Source of the DNA: Podarcis muralis
Lineage: Eukaryota
Assembly (NCBI RefSeq): GCF_964188315.1
Contig: NC_135666.1
Span: 1,364,001 to 1,428,000 of the forward strand
DNA length: 64,000 nt
Direction of reading: 5' to 3'
Below the pieces are notes generated by a model, which was not told the DNA's origin, did no database searches, and worked only from the letters and a program-made list of their open reading frames with translations. This document shows positions 31,301 through 42,099 of the stretch, in pieces. The number at the start of each line of letters is the position of its first letter. Positions within the stretch are counted from its first letter, which is position 1. The translations under genes and the position numbers were made by a program.

Positions 31301-34300
31301 TTTAAGTCGGGAGAGAGAAAAGCAGGGAAGGATTTGTGCAGAAGAGCAAAGGCCTTCGTCCGGCTCTCCCTGCCCTGTGGCTGCAGGGAGCATGTCGGGA
31401 GATTGGAGCCAGGAAGTGAGTTCGAATTCCCATTCATTGAGAGCACAGGCTAGTAGACTTTGGGTCACGTGTTCTCAGCTTAACCCGCTTCGCAGGGTGG
31501 TTGTGATGAGGATGAAACATCTGCGGCACATCTGCTTTTGGGGATGGGAAAAGAGGGAGCAGATAGTAAGTCTTTGGTGCAAATACTTCCGCAGAGAAGG
31601 ACCAGGAGACCATCATTTCCTCCCTCCCTCTCTTAGGGTCAGAATTACCTGTCCTATGAATTGGCCAAGAATGCGGACCCAGAGAAGGAGGAGGGAGAAG
31701 ACTTTTGGGGAGCGATTGCCGTGCACCCCGTCACAGAGCCCACCCTCATGTACCGCCTGCATAAGAGGTTCAGCCGGATCAAGCTGGAGCAGACCTACCA
31801 AGAGATAGAGGAGCTGCAGGTAAAGAGGGGAGAGACCCCCCAACACCCCCCACAGTCTCTCTCACTGCTGGGGGTGGAGAGGATGGAGGCCACTGGGTGC
31901 TGGTCTCAGGCAGGGAGGGTGGGGAGCAGCTGTGGGTCACCTTCCGGCAAGGCAGGGAGGGGCCCCCGGCATCCTGGGATTTCTAAGGCAGGGTCACTTC
32001 CAAAGAAGCAAACAGGGTGACACCAGGGGCTCCAAGCGTCCCTGATTCTCAGGGTGTCCCTGGAGGGGGACGCAAAGTCATCCTTTTGCACACTGTTCTC
32101 TCTACACAGCATCTGGTGTAACGGAAAGTCTGTTGTTGTTTTTTGTTTGGTTCAGACTACAAAGAAGCTGCTGGGCAGGATCAGACCCTGCAAGCTTCTT
32201 CAGCTGAGGATCTCCCAGTATGGGCAGCTGGAGGCTTCTAGGGGCTGACAGTTGGGGGTGGGGTGCATGAAGGTGCAGCAGCTGCTGGGCCCAGGCTGGG
32301 AGTGTGGGGTTGGCGGCTGAGAGCCTGGAGTTCCTGCAACTTGGCTTCTTTCTTAGATTGCCTGCAGACAAGGCTAGTTTGGGCCATTTCCCTGCTGCCC
32401 CTTCTGCAAAAGGGCTCAGGGGTGAGGAACTGTCTGGCCTGGCCTGCTGCCGCCCAGGAAAGACCTGCTGGCTCTTCTCTCTCATCCAGTGCACTTGCAG
32501 GGAGAGGCATTAGTTGCCCTCCTGACTGAGGAGAGCCTTTCGGGGGTTTCTGGGCTCTGCAGTCCAGCCCAGGTGCCTCAGGCGCACCCCCTGGGAGCAG
32601 AACATGAACTGGCCGAGACCATTTGGCACCTTCCCTCCCCCATCCCCCACCCTGAAATGTATTGCGGTAATAGAATCACAGTAGCTTGGACTACTGCAAT
32701 GTGCTCTACGTGGAGCTACCTTTGAAGGTAACCTGGAAACTACAACTAATCCAGAATGTGGCAGCCAGACTGGTGACTGGGAGCGGCCGCCGAGACCACA
32801 TTACATTTGTTCTGAAAGACTTACATTGGCTCCCAGTACGTTTCCGAGTACAATTCAAAGTGTTGGTGTTGACCTTTAAGGCCCTAAACGGCCTCAAAGG
32901 CCCAGTAGACCTGAAGGAGCATCTCAACCCCCATCGTTCTGCCCGGACACTGAGATCCAGCGCCGAGGGCCTTCTGCCGGTTCCCTCATTGCGAGAAGCT
33001 AAGCTACAGGGAACCAGGCAGAGGGCCTTCTTGGTGGTGGCACCCACCCTGTGGAACACCCTCCCATTAGATATCAAGGAGATAACCAACTATCTGACTT
33101 TTAGAAGACATCTTAAGGCAGCCTGGTTTAGGAAAGTTTTTAATGTGTGACATTTTAATGTATTTTTAATCTTTGTGGGAAGCCGCTCAGAGTGGCTGGG
33201 GAAACCTGGCCAGATGGGCAGGGTACAAATAATAAATTACTATTACTACTATTACAGAACTGCAGCGCTGGACAGGACCACAAGGTCATCCAGTCCAGCC
33301 CCCTTCTGGGCCAGGAGCCACAGCTCCAGAACCCCTGGCAGGTGGCCCCCCAACCTCTGCATCGGAATCTCCAGTGAAGGAGAGTCATCACATGTTGGGC
33401 CCGGTGGGCTGGAGACCCCCGGGTGGGTCTAGCTGCAAAGAGCCAGCCAGCAGTAGTGGCACTACTCAGAGAAGGAGTTAACGCTTTATTAGCAAGAACA
33501 CCATGAGTTTCAGGCCTAATGAGCCCAGCGCTTCATCCCCCGTAGGTCCTGCCCCCATGAATTTCATTTCAATTCACTTTTAATCTGTATGCTGCCTCTG
33601 GATATTACTATGCACAAGGCAGTTTACAAGCTGAAGAAACAAACAAAACAGACAGCAAAGATCATACACGTAATGACAATCTGATCCAAAGCATAGAAGT
33701 CACAATAATTTATATCAGTTACCAAGACTGAAAGTCCCTGCCTTCCCACAGCCACCTATAACTCTCCTTCTCTCCAGGGCTTTATCCAAGCAACTAGAGA
33801 CTGTGCCTGTGTGCAGCCTACTGCTGCTCTGCCCTTTTCAGCCCTCTTCTGGTTCTGGGAGACAAGGTGGGAAGGGAGTGTGTTGCAGCAGGAGGAGGAG
33901 GAGACACCCTGTGCTTCTTCCCCAGCCAGACTCCTCTCTGCCTCTTGGCCTCCCTCCTCTCCCACCTCAGCTTCTGCCTCTGATTCTGGACTGCCCTCTG
34001 CCACAGACTCCCCCTGCTCACTAAGCCCTGTCCCCTCTTCAGCTTCCCACACCTTCTTCTCCCTCTGACCCCAACTGGTTCAGTCCATGACACACCAGGC
34101 CGTGCAGATTCCTTCAGCATCCTTTGTTTCGAGCTGAGCTATACTTTTTGGAAACCCCCTTTTCCAGCCCCTGCCACGGGGTGGTCGAGCTGTGCTGTAG
34201 CCTTATTGGAGTTCACCGATTGGGTCTGCGTTGCTCCCGGACAGGAGGAAGGAAGTCAAATGACACCGAGGGTTGGTTCAGAGAAAGAGTTTTTTATTTC

Positions 34301-36197
34301 TGCTCTCCGGAACAGCAGAAAGGCACTTGCGAGGTCAGTCCACAACAAGTCCAAAGAAATGAGAGATTTCATGCAGTATAGATCTCCTCCAGGCACCCTC
34401 TCCCCCCTTCCCCAGGAATCCAGCCACGTCAATTTGTACACGCAGGTTGACATCACAGATGTTCCTGCTCCGGTACTCTTAACCATAAAAGGGTTTTCCT
34501 TCCTGTACTTCTGACCATACAAGGGTATTCCTGTTCCTACTCTTATCTTGGAGCAAGAGGTCACCAACTCCAAGAACACACTCTGGCGCTGTTCCCGGAC
34601 TAGGTCTGTGCGTCAGGACATAAGATAAGACCTAGACATGTCATCCCTACTCCACTAGAACAGCCAAGGTCATCCTTGCCGTCACAAACTGATAAAGGAG
34701 AGGGCTCTGAGCCCTTGATTATACAGCCGGGTTTTTGTTTGTACATTGACTCAGAGCTCAAGTTAATGGATTTTAGCTAAAGAAAAATAGGGATTTGGGT
34801 GCCCATTTCAAACTGCCTGCACAGTCAGTTTTGGGTTTGGGAAACCCATTCCTTCAGTGCGGCAAAGGAGAAGGTCGGGGGACGTCTTAACGGGGGTTCT
34901 CCTCCTCTCTCCCCGGCAGGCTCAGATCCGCAACCTGACAGCGCTGATGCCGTCGGGGGAGGCAGAGCTGTCGTGGCCCGTGGGGGTCAGCGCCCCCTTT
35001 TCCCCCAAGTCCCGCTTTGAGGTGATTGGCTGGGACTACTTCACGGAGCAGCACCTCTTCTCCTGCCCCGACGGGGCCCCCAAGTGCGAGCTGCAGGGGG
35101 CCAGCAAGGCGGACGTGGGCGACATCCTGCAGGCGGCGCTGGAGCAGCTGAACCGGCGCTACCAGCCGCAGCTGCGCTTCCGCAAGCGCCGGCTGCTCAA
35201 CGGCTACCGCCGCTTCGACCCCACGCGGGGGATGGAGTACCAGCTGGAGCTGCTGCTGGAAGCCGTGACGCAGAAGGGCCACAGCCACCTCCTCTCCAAG
35301 CGCGTCCAGCTCCTGCGCCCGCTCAGCCAGGTGGAGATCATCCCCATGCCCTACGTCACGGAGGCCACCCGCCTGCAGCTGGTGCTGCCCCTCACCGTGC
35401 CGGAGCTGGACTTCCTGGGGGGCTTCCTGGACGCCTTTGCCACCAACGCCCTGGACGCCAGGGACAACTCCCGCCTGACCCTGCTCTTCGTCTACGACCC
35501 CTACGACGCCCAGCGCGTGGGGCAGGTGGACGTCTTTGCCGGGGCCAAGGCCATGGTGGCCGAGCTGGAGAGGCGCTACTCGGACGTCAAGATTCCCTGG
35601 ATCAGCGTCAAGACAGAGGTCCCCTCCCAGGTCAAGCTGATGGACATCGTCTCCAAGAAGCACCCCGTGGACACCCTCTTCTTCATGGCCAGCGTCTGGA
35701 CGGAGGTCACGGCCGAGGTCCTCAACCGCTGCCGCATGAACGCCATCAGCAGCTGGCAGGTCTTCTTCCCCGTCCACTTCCAGGAGTTCAACCCGGCGCT
35801 GGCCTTCCGTGGGGGCGAGCAGGCGGCCGGCGGGGGCGCTTCGGCCGCCTCCGACTTCCCTCGCGATGGGCGCTTTGACCGGCAGGCCTTCTCAGAGGCC
35901 TGCTTCTACAACGCGGACTACATGGCGGCCCGCGCAAGGCTGGCGTCCGACGTGCTGGACCGCGAGGAGGCTCTGGAGGGCCTGGAGGCCTTTGACGTCT
36001 TCCTGCGCTACTCGGAGCTGCACGTCTTCCGGGCGGCGGAGCCGGGGCTGGCGCAGAAGTATGTCTTGCGGGGCTGCAACCCCCGTCTGAGCGAGGAGCT
36101 CTACCACCGCTGTGTCCTCAGCAACCTGCAAGGACTCGGCTCCCGATCCCACCTGGCCATGGCGCTCTTTGAGCAAGAGCAGGCCAACAGCACCTGA
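24919..36197 (+). CDS. CHPF2: Chondroitin polymerizing factor 2 / chondroitin sulfate glucuronyltransferase, complete, 4 exons, 2334 nt / 777 aa
   Basis: Exons 24919-25226, 28019-28583, 31637-31819, 34920-36197, GT-AG and phase-consistent. Signal-anchor [24 protein letters not shown], then YRDPSKPYKKVLRTRYIQTELG, FDWFFVMQDDTY (DXD), RFDPTRGMEY and C-terminus LAMALFEQEQANST*. Head-to-head with ABCF2 as in human. Confidence 0.97.
25345..26075 (-). mobile_element. L2 LINE 3' fragment with (ATT)n tail, distinct subfamily
   Basis: ORF LDYCNSLYVGLPLRLTQKLQRVQNAAARLLTG...LHWLPV..R.RFKVLVLTFKAL. Confidence 0.9.
26085..26550 (-). mobile_element. CR1 LINE 3' fragment
   Basis: ORF KKKYLFTQHRVKLRNSWPQEAGMATNLGGFKRRLDEFM, a CR1 ORF2 C-terminus. 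Confidence 0.85.
27529..27692. mobile_element. Tc1/mariner-type MITE (third family)
   Basis: cggtggtaccttggttctcaaac ... gtttgagaaccgaggtaccactg TIRs. Confidence 0.8.
28019..28583 (+). CDS. CHPF2: CHPF2 exon 2
   Basis: TRYIQTELGFRERLFVAVLTS...FLGTSCTSQHQ; donor GTGGGC. Confidence 0.96.
28585..30995 (+). repeat. G-rich minisatellite (50/54 bp units, roughly 45-50 copies by eye) in CHPF2 intron 2
   Basis: Unit gtcccacagggccaaggggctgggag(a/g)tggagggaggg(aggg)aggcaggcagga, with interspersed 23-bp ctagagacaaga units and diverged units at the 3' end. Confidence 0.98.
31637..31819 (+). CDS. CHPF2: CHPF2 exon 3
   Basis: GQNYLSYELAKNADPEKE...LMYRLHKRFSRIKLEQTYQEIEELQ; tag acceptor, GTAAAG donor. 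Confidence 0.95.
32675..33255 (+). mobile_element. L2 LINE 3' fragment
   Basis: ORF DYCNVLYVELPLKVTWKLQLIQNVAARLVTG...[22 protein letters not shown] plus tail. Confidence 0.9.
34196..34745 (-). mobile_element. Probable solo LTR (ERV-like)
   Basis: TG...CA termini and AATAAA on the minus strand near 34295; no TSD found. Confidence 0.4.
34920..36197 (+). CDS. CHPF2: CHPF2 exon 4 coding part
   Basis: AQIRNLTALMPSGEAELSWPVG...FEQEQANST*. Confidence 0.97.
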   Translation, partial: AQIRNLTALMPSGEAELSWPVGVSAPFSPKSRFEVIGWDYFTEQHLFSCPDGAPKCELQGASKADVGDILQAALEQLNRRYQPQLRFRKRRLLNGYRRFDPTRGMEYQLELLLEAVTQKGHSHLLSKRVQLLRPLSQVEIIPMPYVTEATRLQLVLPLTVPELDFLGGFLDAFATNALDARDNSRLTLLFVYDPYDAQRVGQVDVFAGAKAMVAELERRYSDVKIPWISVKTEVPSQVKLMDIVSKKHPVDTLFFMASVWTEVTAEVLNRCRMNAISSWQVFFPVHFQEFNPALAFRGGEQAAGGGASAASDFPRDGRFDRQAFSEACFYNADYMAARARLASDVLDREEALEGLEAFDVFLRYSELHVFRAAEPGLAQKYVLRGCNPRLSEELYHRCVLSNLQGLGSRSHLAMALFEQEQANST

Positions 36198-36300
36198 CCG
36201 GGGGGGGGGCACAAGGAGGGAGGCTGCTGTGCTTGGTGGCTGGCGGGGGGCCGGAAAAGAAGACCCACTGACCCAATTTTTACAAAAAACGAGAAAACCA

Positions 36301-36306
36301 ATTAAA
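36301..36306 (+). terminator. Probable CHPF2 polyadenylation signal ATTAAA
   Basis: ATTAAA about 105 nt after the stop, followed by U/GU-rich sequence. Confidence 0.5.
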
Positions 36307-36929
36307 CGTTTCCTTGCTGCTGCAATTGCCCTGCCTGTGTCACCTGGGTCTCTCCTCCTCTTTGGGGGTTGGGGGGTGGAGAGGGACGGAGCAACAGCAA
36401 CAGCTCAGTCCTTCATGGGTGGGGGGGGACTTAGAATAATGATTGGCATTGCGCGTGGGGGACGGGTGAAGTCAAACGGCTGAGTTATCGGCACTGAAGT
36501 GGGCTCCCCCTGGGGTGCAAGCCTGGGCTGTGTGCATGGGGGGGGGGGCGGGTTGCCCAGACTGCAAGACCCGCCTCTTGGCCTGGCTGATGGGGTCCAA
36601 AGGAAAGCAGAGCAAGACGTTTGGCACCAGCTGGGCTGCAGGAGCTGCTGGAAGGAGGCGGACAAGACGCTATCCAACCACCTTAAGGACTCCACCCTGG
36701 ATTTGTTAGCCTTTGGATTTGTTAGCCGTCTCTTCTCCTGAAGATATCCCGCAAGGCAGCAGAGGTTTAAGATCAGAGTTTTCCTTTTCCTAGATGGGCT
36801 GCTACCTTAAAATCAGCCCCTTAAAATCATAGGTTCAGAACTGTAGAGTTGGAAGGGACTATGAGTGATCTAGTCCAACCCCTGGCAGTGCAGGTCTCTC
36901 TTTGCCCCATGTGAACCTATGATCTGGAG

Positions 36930-37179
36930 CAGGGGGAGGCAACCTAAGGCCCGGGGGCCGGATGCGGCCCAATCGCCTTCTCAATCCGGCCCGCAGACGG
37001 TCCGGGAATCAGTGTGTTTTTCCATGAGTAGAATGTGTCCTTTTATTTAAATTGCATCTCTGGGTGATTTGTGGGGCAAAGGAATTCGTTCATTTTTTTC
37101 CCCTTCAAAATATAGTCCGGCCCCCCACAAGGTCTGAGGGAGGTGGACCGCACCAGCTGGAAAAGGTTGCTGAGCCCTG
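36930..37179. mobile_element. hAT (Charlie-like) non-autonomous element inside an older tRNA/CR1-tail SINE
   Basis: cagggggaggcaacc ... ggttgctgagccctg termini; exact 8-bp TSD atctggag. Confidence 0.9.
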
Positions 37180-37449
37180 ATCTGGAGGGTGTTGATCTCT
37201 CCCGACTGCGCTGCCCCAGCACTTGGCAGCCATTATTCTGAAAGAAGATCTGCCCCCACACTGTCCACGGTTTCTCTGCTCCCTAGTTGGCTACTCCCAG
37301 CGTTGGTGGCCATGCGCCATCCTCCATCGCCCCTTCTCCCGCTGTCCTCCTCGCGAGCAAAAGCTCCCCAAGGACTGTTGAGCACATGGCCCGCAGGGCT
37401 AAGCTGCCTTGGGTGGGGTGCAAATCCGCTCTTCTCAGCAACTGAGCGG

Positions 37450-38480
37450 GGAATGTCTCTGGCTATTTTTTTTTTTTTTAGGAGGGGGCGTCCCATCTCC
37501 GCGGGCGCCTCGGGTTGGGAGTCTGACGCTGCCTCCATCCCCACGTGCCACAGAAGCGCCCCACTTCCGAGCGGTGGGGCTGCCCTGCCGTGAGAGCGGC
37601 GCATATAAGGGCTGGGGGGGGGCGCCTCTCCCCCTCTCTCCGCAGCACCGCGCAGGCGCCTGGCGAAAGAGCAACGCGTGTGCCCGAGCCGGCGCCGGCC
37701 GCGCCGGAGACCCCGCCAGGTACGCGGGTCCGGCGAGGTGGGAGAGGGGCGCAGCGCTGGCGGCGGCCCTTCGCGCTTAGCTTTCCCGGGGGGCTGTTTG
37801 GGAGGGCAGCCTTCCTCTCCGCGCGGGCCAGTCGTCTGTCTCTCACCCTGCGCGCCCCTTGCCCAGGAGGGGCCGAGACAAAGCCCCCCACTCCCATTCC
37901 CGAGGCGGAGAAGGGCTGTGCTGGGGCCGACGGAGTCCCGGGACCCTTCTGGGGCGCAGCCTTCCCGCCAAGATCCCCGCGCTCCTGCGCGCCTCCGACG
38001 CTGCGCGCATCTTGCGCGCCTCCGCCGAGCTGGGCTCCCCTTTCGAGCCGGCGGCGGGTATCGGCCTCTTCCCGCCCGGGCAGATCAGGGGGCGCCTGGC
38101 CGAAGAGAGGCTGCTCCACTGCCCCTGCGCCCTGTTTACTTTTTCCCTTCCAGAAATGGATCCCGCGGCTCCGCTGCGCGCCGGCCCAGCGCGGCCCCAC
38201 CGCCGCGGCGTCAGAAAATGGGGGCGCCGGGCGGCTCAAGTCTAAGCGACCCCGCCGCCGCCGGACCTTTGAGATCTACCTGGCCCGGAGCAGGTAGGCT
38301 CGGCGCCTTGCAGGGACCCCGGGGGCGCCCGCGGGCCGGGGGGGGGGTGGTCCGTGGTTCGAAAGCGCAGCCGGGCTCTCCAGAGGGGAGGTCGGAGGGG
38401 TCTCTTCCTGCTCCCTGGCTGCGCGTGTTTTCTTGCCTGCGCGACTTGCCGGCTTCGGCAGATCCGGAGAGCGCAGCGGG
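37450..38480 (+). promoter_or_regulatory. CpG island with TATA/CArG-like element and candidate non-coding first exon ending at 37719
   Basis: ACTTCCG 37563-37569, GCATATAAGG 37601-37610, donor CAG|GTACGC at 37720. Confidence 0.55.
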
Positions 38481-38814
38481 AAAGAGCAGCTGCTTGGGAT
38501 GCAGAATGTCAGTTCCCGCCTGAAACCCAGAGGAGGCGATGCTGAGCTGGACCGAGGGGGTCTGACTCTGTATCTGGCAATTTCCTACGTTCTGATGTGT
38601 GGGGGGAGCACAAAATGCCAGCGGCTGAGCCGTCCCCTCCTCCTCCGCGCTTGGGGAGGCCCTGGAATGACTCCAGTACCAACCCCCACAAAGTCTCAAA
38701 TATCCTGGGACCTGTATGAAGCATAAAGTTGGAAGGCACCCCAAAGGTCATCCAGTCCAACCCCCTACAATGCAGGAATTGCAAGCATTAACTAGGGACT
38801 GGGAGAGGCCTCTG

Positions 38815-39262
38815 AGACCATATAACACCAGTCCTGAAAGACCTACATTGGCTCCCAGGACGTTTCTGGGCACAATTCAAAGTGTTGGTGCTGACCCTGA
38901 AAGTCCTAAGCGGCCTCCGTCCAGTATATCTGAAGGAGTGTCTCCATCTCCATCATTCAGCCCGGACACTGAGGTCCAGAGCTGAAGGCCTCCTGGCAGT
39001 TCCCTCACTGCGAGAAGTGAGGTTACAGGGAACCAGGCAGAGGGCCTTCTCAGTGGTGGCTTCCGCCCTGTGGAACACCTTCCCATCAGATGTCAAGGAA
39101 ATAAACAACTATCCGACTTTTAGAAGACATCTGAAGGCAGCCCTATTTAGGGAAGTTTTTAATGTTTGATCTTTTTTTCTGTTTTTGATATTCTGTTGGG
39201 AGCTGCCCAGAGTGGCTGGGGAAACCCAGCCAGATGGGTGGGGTGTAAATAAATTACTGCTG

Positions 39263-39301
<39 letters not shown>

Positions 39302-39302
39302 T
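38815..39302 (+). mobile_element. L2 LINE 3' fragment with (CTA)n tail
   Basis: ORF VLVLTLKVLSGLRPVYLKECL...[17 protein letters not shown]. Confidence 0.88.
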
Positions 39303-40504
39303 TAACACCTAGCCAATCCGTCCCTCCTGTGCTGGCAAACTCCCCTTTCCCCCAGGAGGGTTCAGTTGGACACCCCTACGACTTGCCCCCCACGATGCCC
39401 CCTGGTGGGTGCCTCCTTCCTGCAGGTGGGTGCTGATTCTGCCAGGTGGGTGGGGGGTGCTGGGCGACTCCCTCGGCCTCACAGTCAGCCAAGCAGTTGG
39501 ATGACGACTCCTGCATTGCAGGGGGTTGGACTTGATGACCCTTGGGTGCCCCCAACTCTACCATTCTAGACTCCGTTTTCCCGGGGATCTGTGACCCACC
39601 ACCGCCACTGTGTCCCTGGGTGTGGGAATGATTTGGCCTTTGCCTCCAGCAGCTCCTCCTCCTCCTCCTCCTTGGGGCTTCTCTTCCCTGCTGCGTTGCC
39701 ATCACAGCTGCATGAAGTTTCCGAAGGAGGCCACTCATCTCTTGGAAGCCTCTGCCTGATGGTGAGTCGTGCCCCCCCCCCCCCGCTCCTGGGAAATCAC
39801 AGCAGACTGGTCCAGGTGGCAATGATGGGGCTGCCCACCCCACCCCCCAAGTCTGGGTCTGACCCCTGGAGTCAGCTGGGTGCCTGGTTGCCTTGGGTGA
39901 AGCCAGGGGCTTTTCTGAAGGCCGATGCCCTGCACTCCTCCCGGGTTGGTGGAAGCAGAATGGGAGCGAGTCTGTGCCTGGCAAATCTGCAACGAACCTC
40001 TCTGGCCTGGTTGCAGGCAGGATCCTGACCACCTCCGCTTTGGGCTCCTAGCTCCAGTTGAAACCCCCGGCCACTGAGCAGAAAGAAAATTAAATCCACT
40101 TGTAGGAGCTGGCTGGTTCTTTGTGGAGGGGAGGGGCAAGGAAGAGAGGCTTCCCTGCTCTGTGTGGCCCCTTCCCTTGTCTGAAATGGGGGGGGGGGTG
40201 AAGGCAGGGAGGGGTGGGGGGCTGATGCAGGAGGGAAGGTGCAGTCCAGCCTTCTTAAGCCAGCAGTGTTGGGGTCCTTTCGCCCCTGGACCTGGTCTGT
40301 CTTTCTTTTCCTGCTACTCCAGGGAAAAGTCCTCAGCGGTCTGACCTCTATGTGTGTTTGCCGGGGCGGGGGGGGGGGGTGAGTTCCTGCCTGCCTTGAC
40401 TAAGCTTCAGCTACTGAAGTGGGGAGGGGGAAGAGACCACAGAGCAGGCCTATCCTAGGTGCCGATTCCCTGGGTGGCCAAGAGGTTCCCTTCCATGCGA
40501 TAAG

Positions 40505-40880
40505 CCAAGTTACAGTGAACCAGGCAGAGGGCCTTCTCGGTAGTGGCACCCGCCCTGTGGAACACTCTCCCACCAGATGTCAAAGAGAACAACTACCAGA
40601 CTTTTAGAAGACATCTGAAGGCAGCCCTGTTTAGGGAAGCTTTTAATGTTTAATAGTTCCAGTTACAGATAGGTAGCCGTGTTGGTCTGCCATAGTCAAA
40701 AAAAATTCCTTCCAGTAGCACCTTAAAGACCAACTAAGTTAGTTCTTGGTATGAGCTTTCGTGTGGAAGGAATGTTTAATAGGTTATTGTATTTTAATAT
40801 TCCATTGGAAGCAGCCCAGAGTGGCTGGAGAAACCCAGCCAGATGGGTTTAAATAAATTATTATTATTATTATTATTAAA
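40505..40880 (+). mobile_element. L2 LINE 3' fragment (interrupted) with (ATT)n tail
   Basis: Same tail family as 38815-39302. Confidence 0.75.
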
Positions 40881-41351
40881 TTCCCTGTGAAGGGGCCAGA
40901 CACCCACAAATTTTGGTGCCAGGGCCATGCATGCTGCATGGCACCCACATCCCCGGGCACCCATGGCACTGCTGGGGCCGATCCTGCATCTCTGCCATAG
41001 CAGAAGTTGTGTGTGTGTATCACGACTTTGCAAGTCCAGTCGGGAGTGAGGACAGGCCGCCTTCCTGCCCAGCCCCCTGCCGGCTGCAGAGTCGGTGAGT
41101 GTTCTCTCCTGGGTCCTCCTTGCTGCTGCATTTATAAAGGCTGTGAGCAAGCAGTCCAGACTCTGACTCAGCAGGGATAGCCTTGGATTGGGCTTGACGG
41201 AGGAGAGCTGATAAGGTGGGAGGCTGGCAAAGCTCTCTCTGATTGGCCGGAAGAAGCTAGGTGGGTGGGTGGCAGGAGGCAGGGCTGGCCCCCAACCTGG
41301 ACGACTTAGATAAATTCATGGAGGGGGGGAAGAGCCAGGATGGGTGTGCTC

Positions 41352-41970
41352 TGTACTGGGCACAGGCGTAACCCGTGAAACGCGGTCCAGGACCGGTCCA
41401 GAATCCAAAGGTTCCTCTAGGAGTGAGTCTGACAGGGCCAAGGCAGGACACGAGGCAGGAAACCAGGCAAGGACAGGTACAGGATCTCAGGCAGGATCTG
41501 GCACACAGCAATGTTGCTCCCACAACCTGGGGCGGGGTCCAACAGCCTTTTATTTCTGTTGGGGTAATTGCCGGTCCTGATCCCCCGGCGACTCACCTCC
41601 CTGTCTTCCCCGAAGGCGAGCACTCCTCCTGCGAGTACTCAGGTCTCTCCTTCTCTCAGACCTAAGTCTCTGCAGCTCAGGAGACGTTGGTGGGTTACTA
41701 GACCCAGAGGCCGCCTCAGCCTCCCCTGACCCAACCAGCAGTGGAGCAGCTGTAAGTGATGGCCCAGCTGGAAGCAACGAGGTCATCCCTGCATCTGGAG
41801 CCAGGACAGGCTCAGGCCCCTAACTCGGCCCAGCTGGGGTTTGTTGCAGGGGAACCTGTGCAGACTGGGACTCTTCTGGACCAGGCCTCAGACTTGGTTC
41901 AGATGATGCCTGAGGCAAAGGAGCCAGTGCAGACTGAGACTCCTCTGGTTCTGAGTCCCAGGCCATCACA
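41352..41970 (-). mobile_element. Solo LTR (619 bp)
   Basis: TG...CA termini, exact 5-bp TSD tgctc on both sides, ATAAAAGG on the minus strand. Confidence 0.8.
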
Positions 41971-42099
41971 TGCTCTGCCCTCCACAGCTGGAGGCAGGAA
42001 ATGCTTCCGAATCCCACTTGCAAGAAACATCAGGAGGGGAGAGTCGCTCTTGCACTCATGTTCCCCTCCCTGGTTTCTCACAGGCATCTGGTCAGCCAC

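Noticed and set aside
32686-33150. 154-aa ORF as a host gene (also 25693-26073, 38882-39169, 16997-17254)
   Set aside because: These are C-terminal fragments of L2 or L1 ORF2, repeated several times in the window
38667-38699. MTPVPTPTKSQ as the orthologue of the mammalian BAF60c alternative N-terminus (recalled MTPGLQHPPTVVQ)
   Set aside because: Similarity is limited to MTP...PT..Q, there is no GT donor after the Gln codon, and the sequence runs into a CR1 tail
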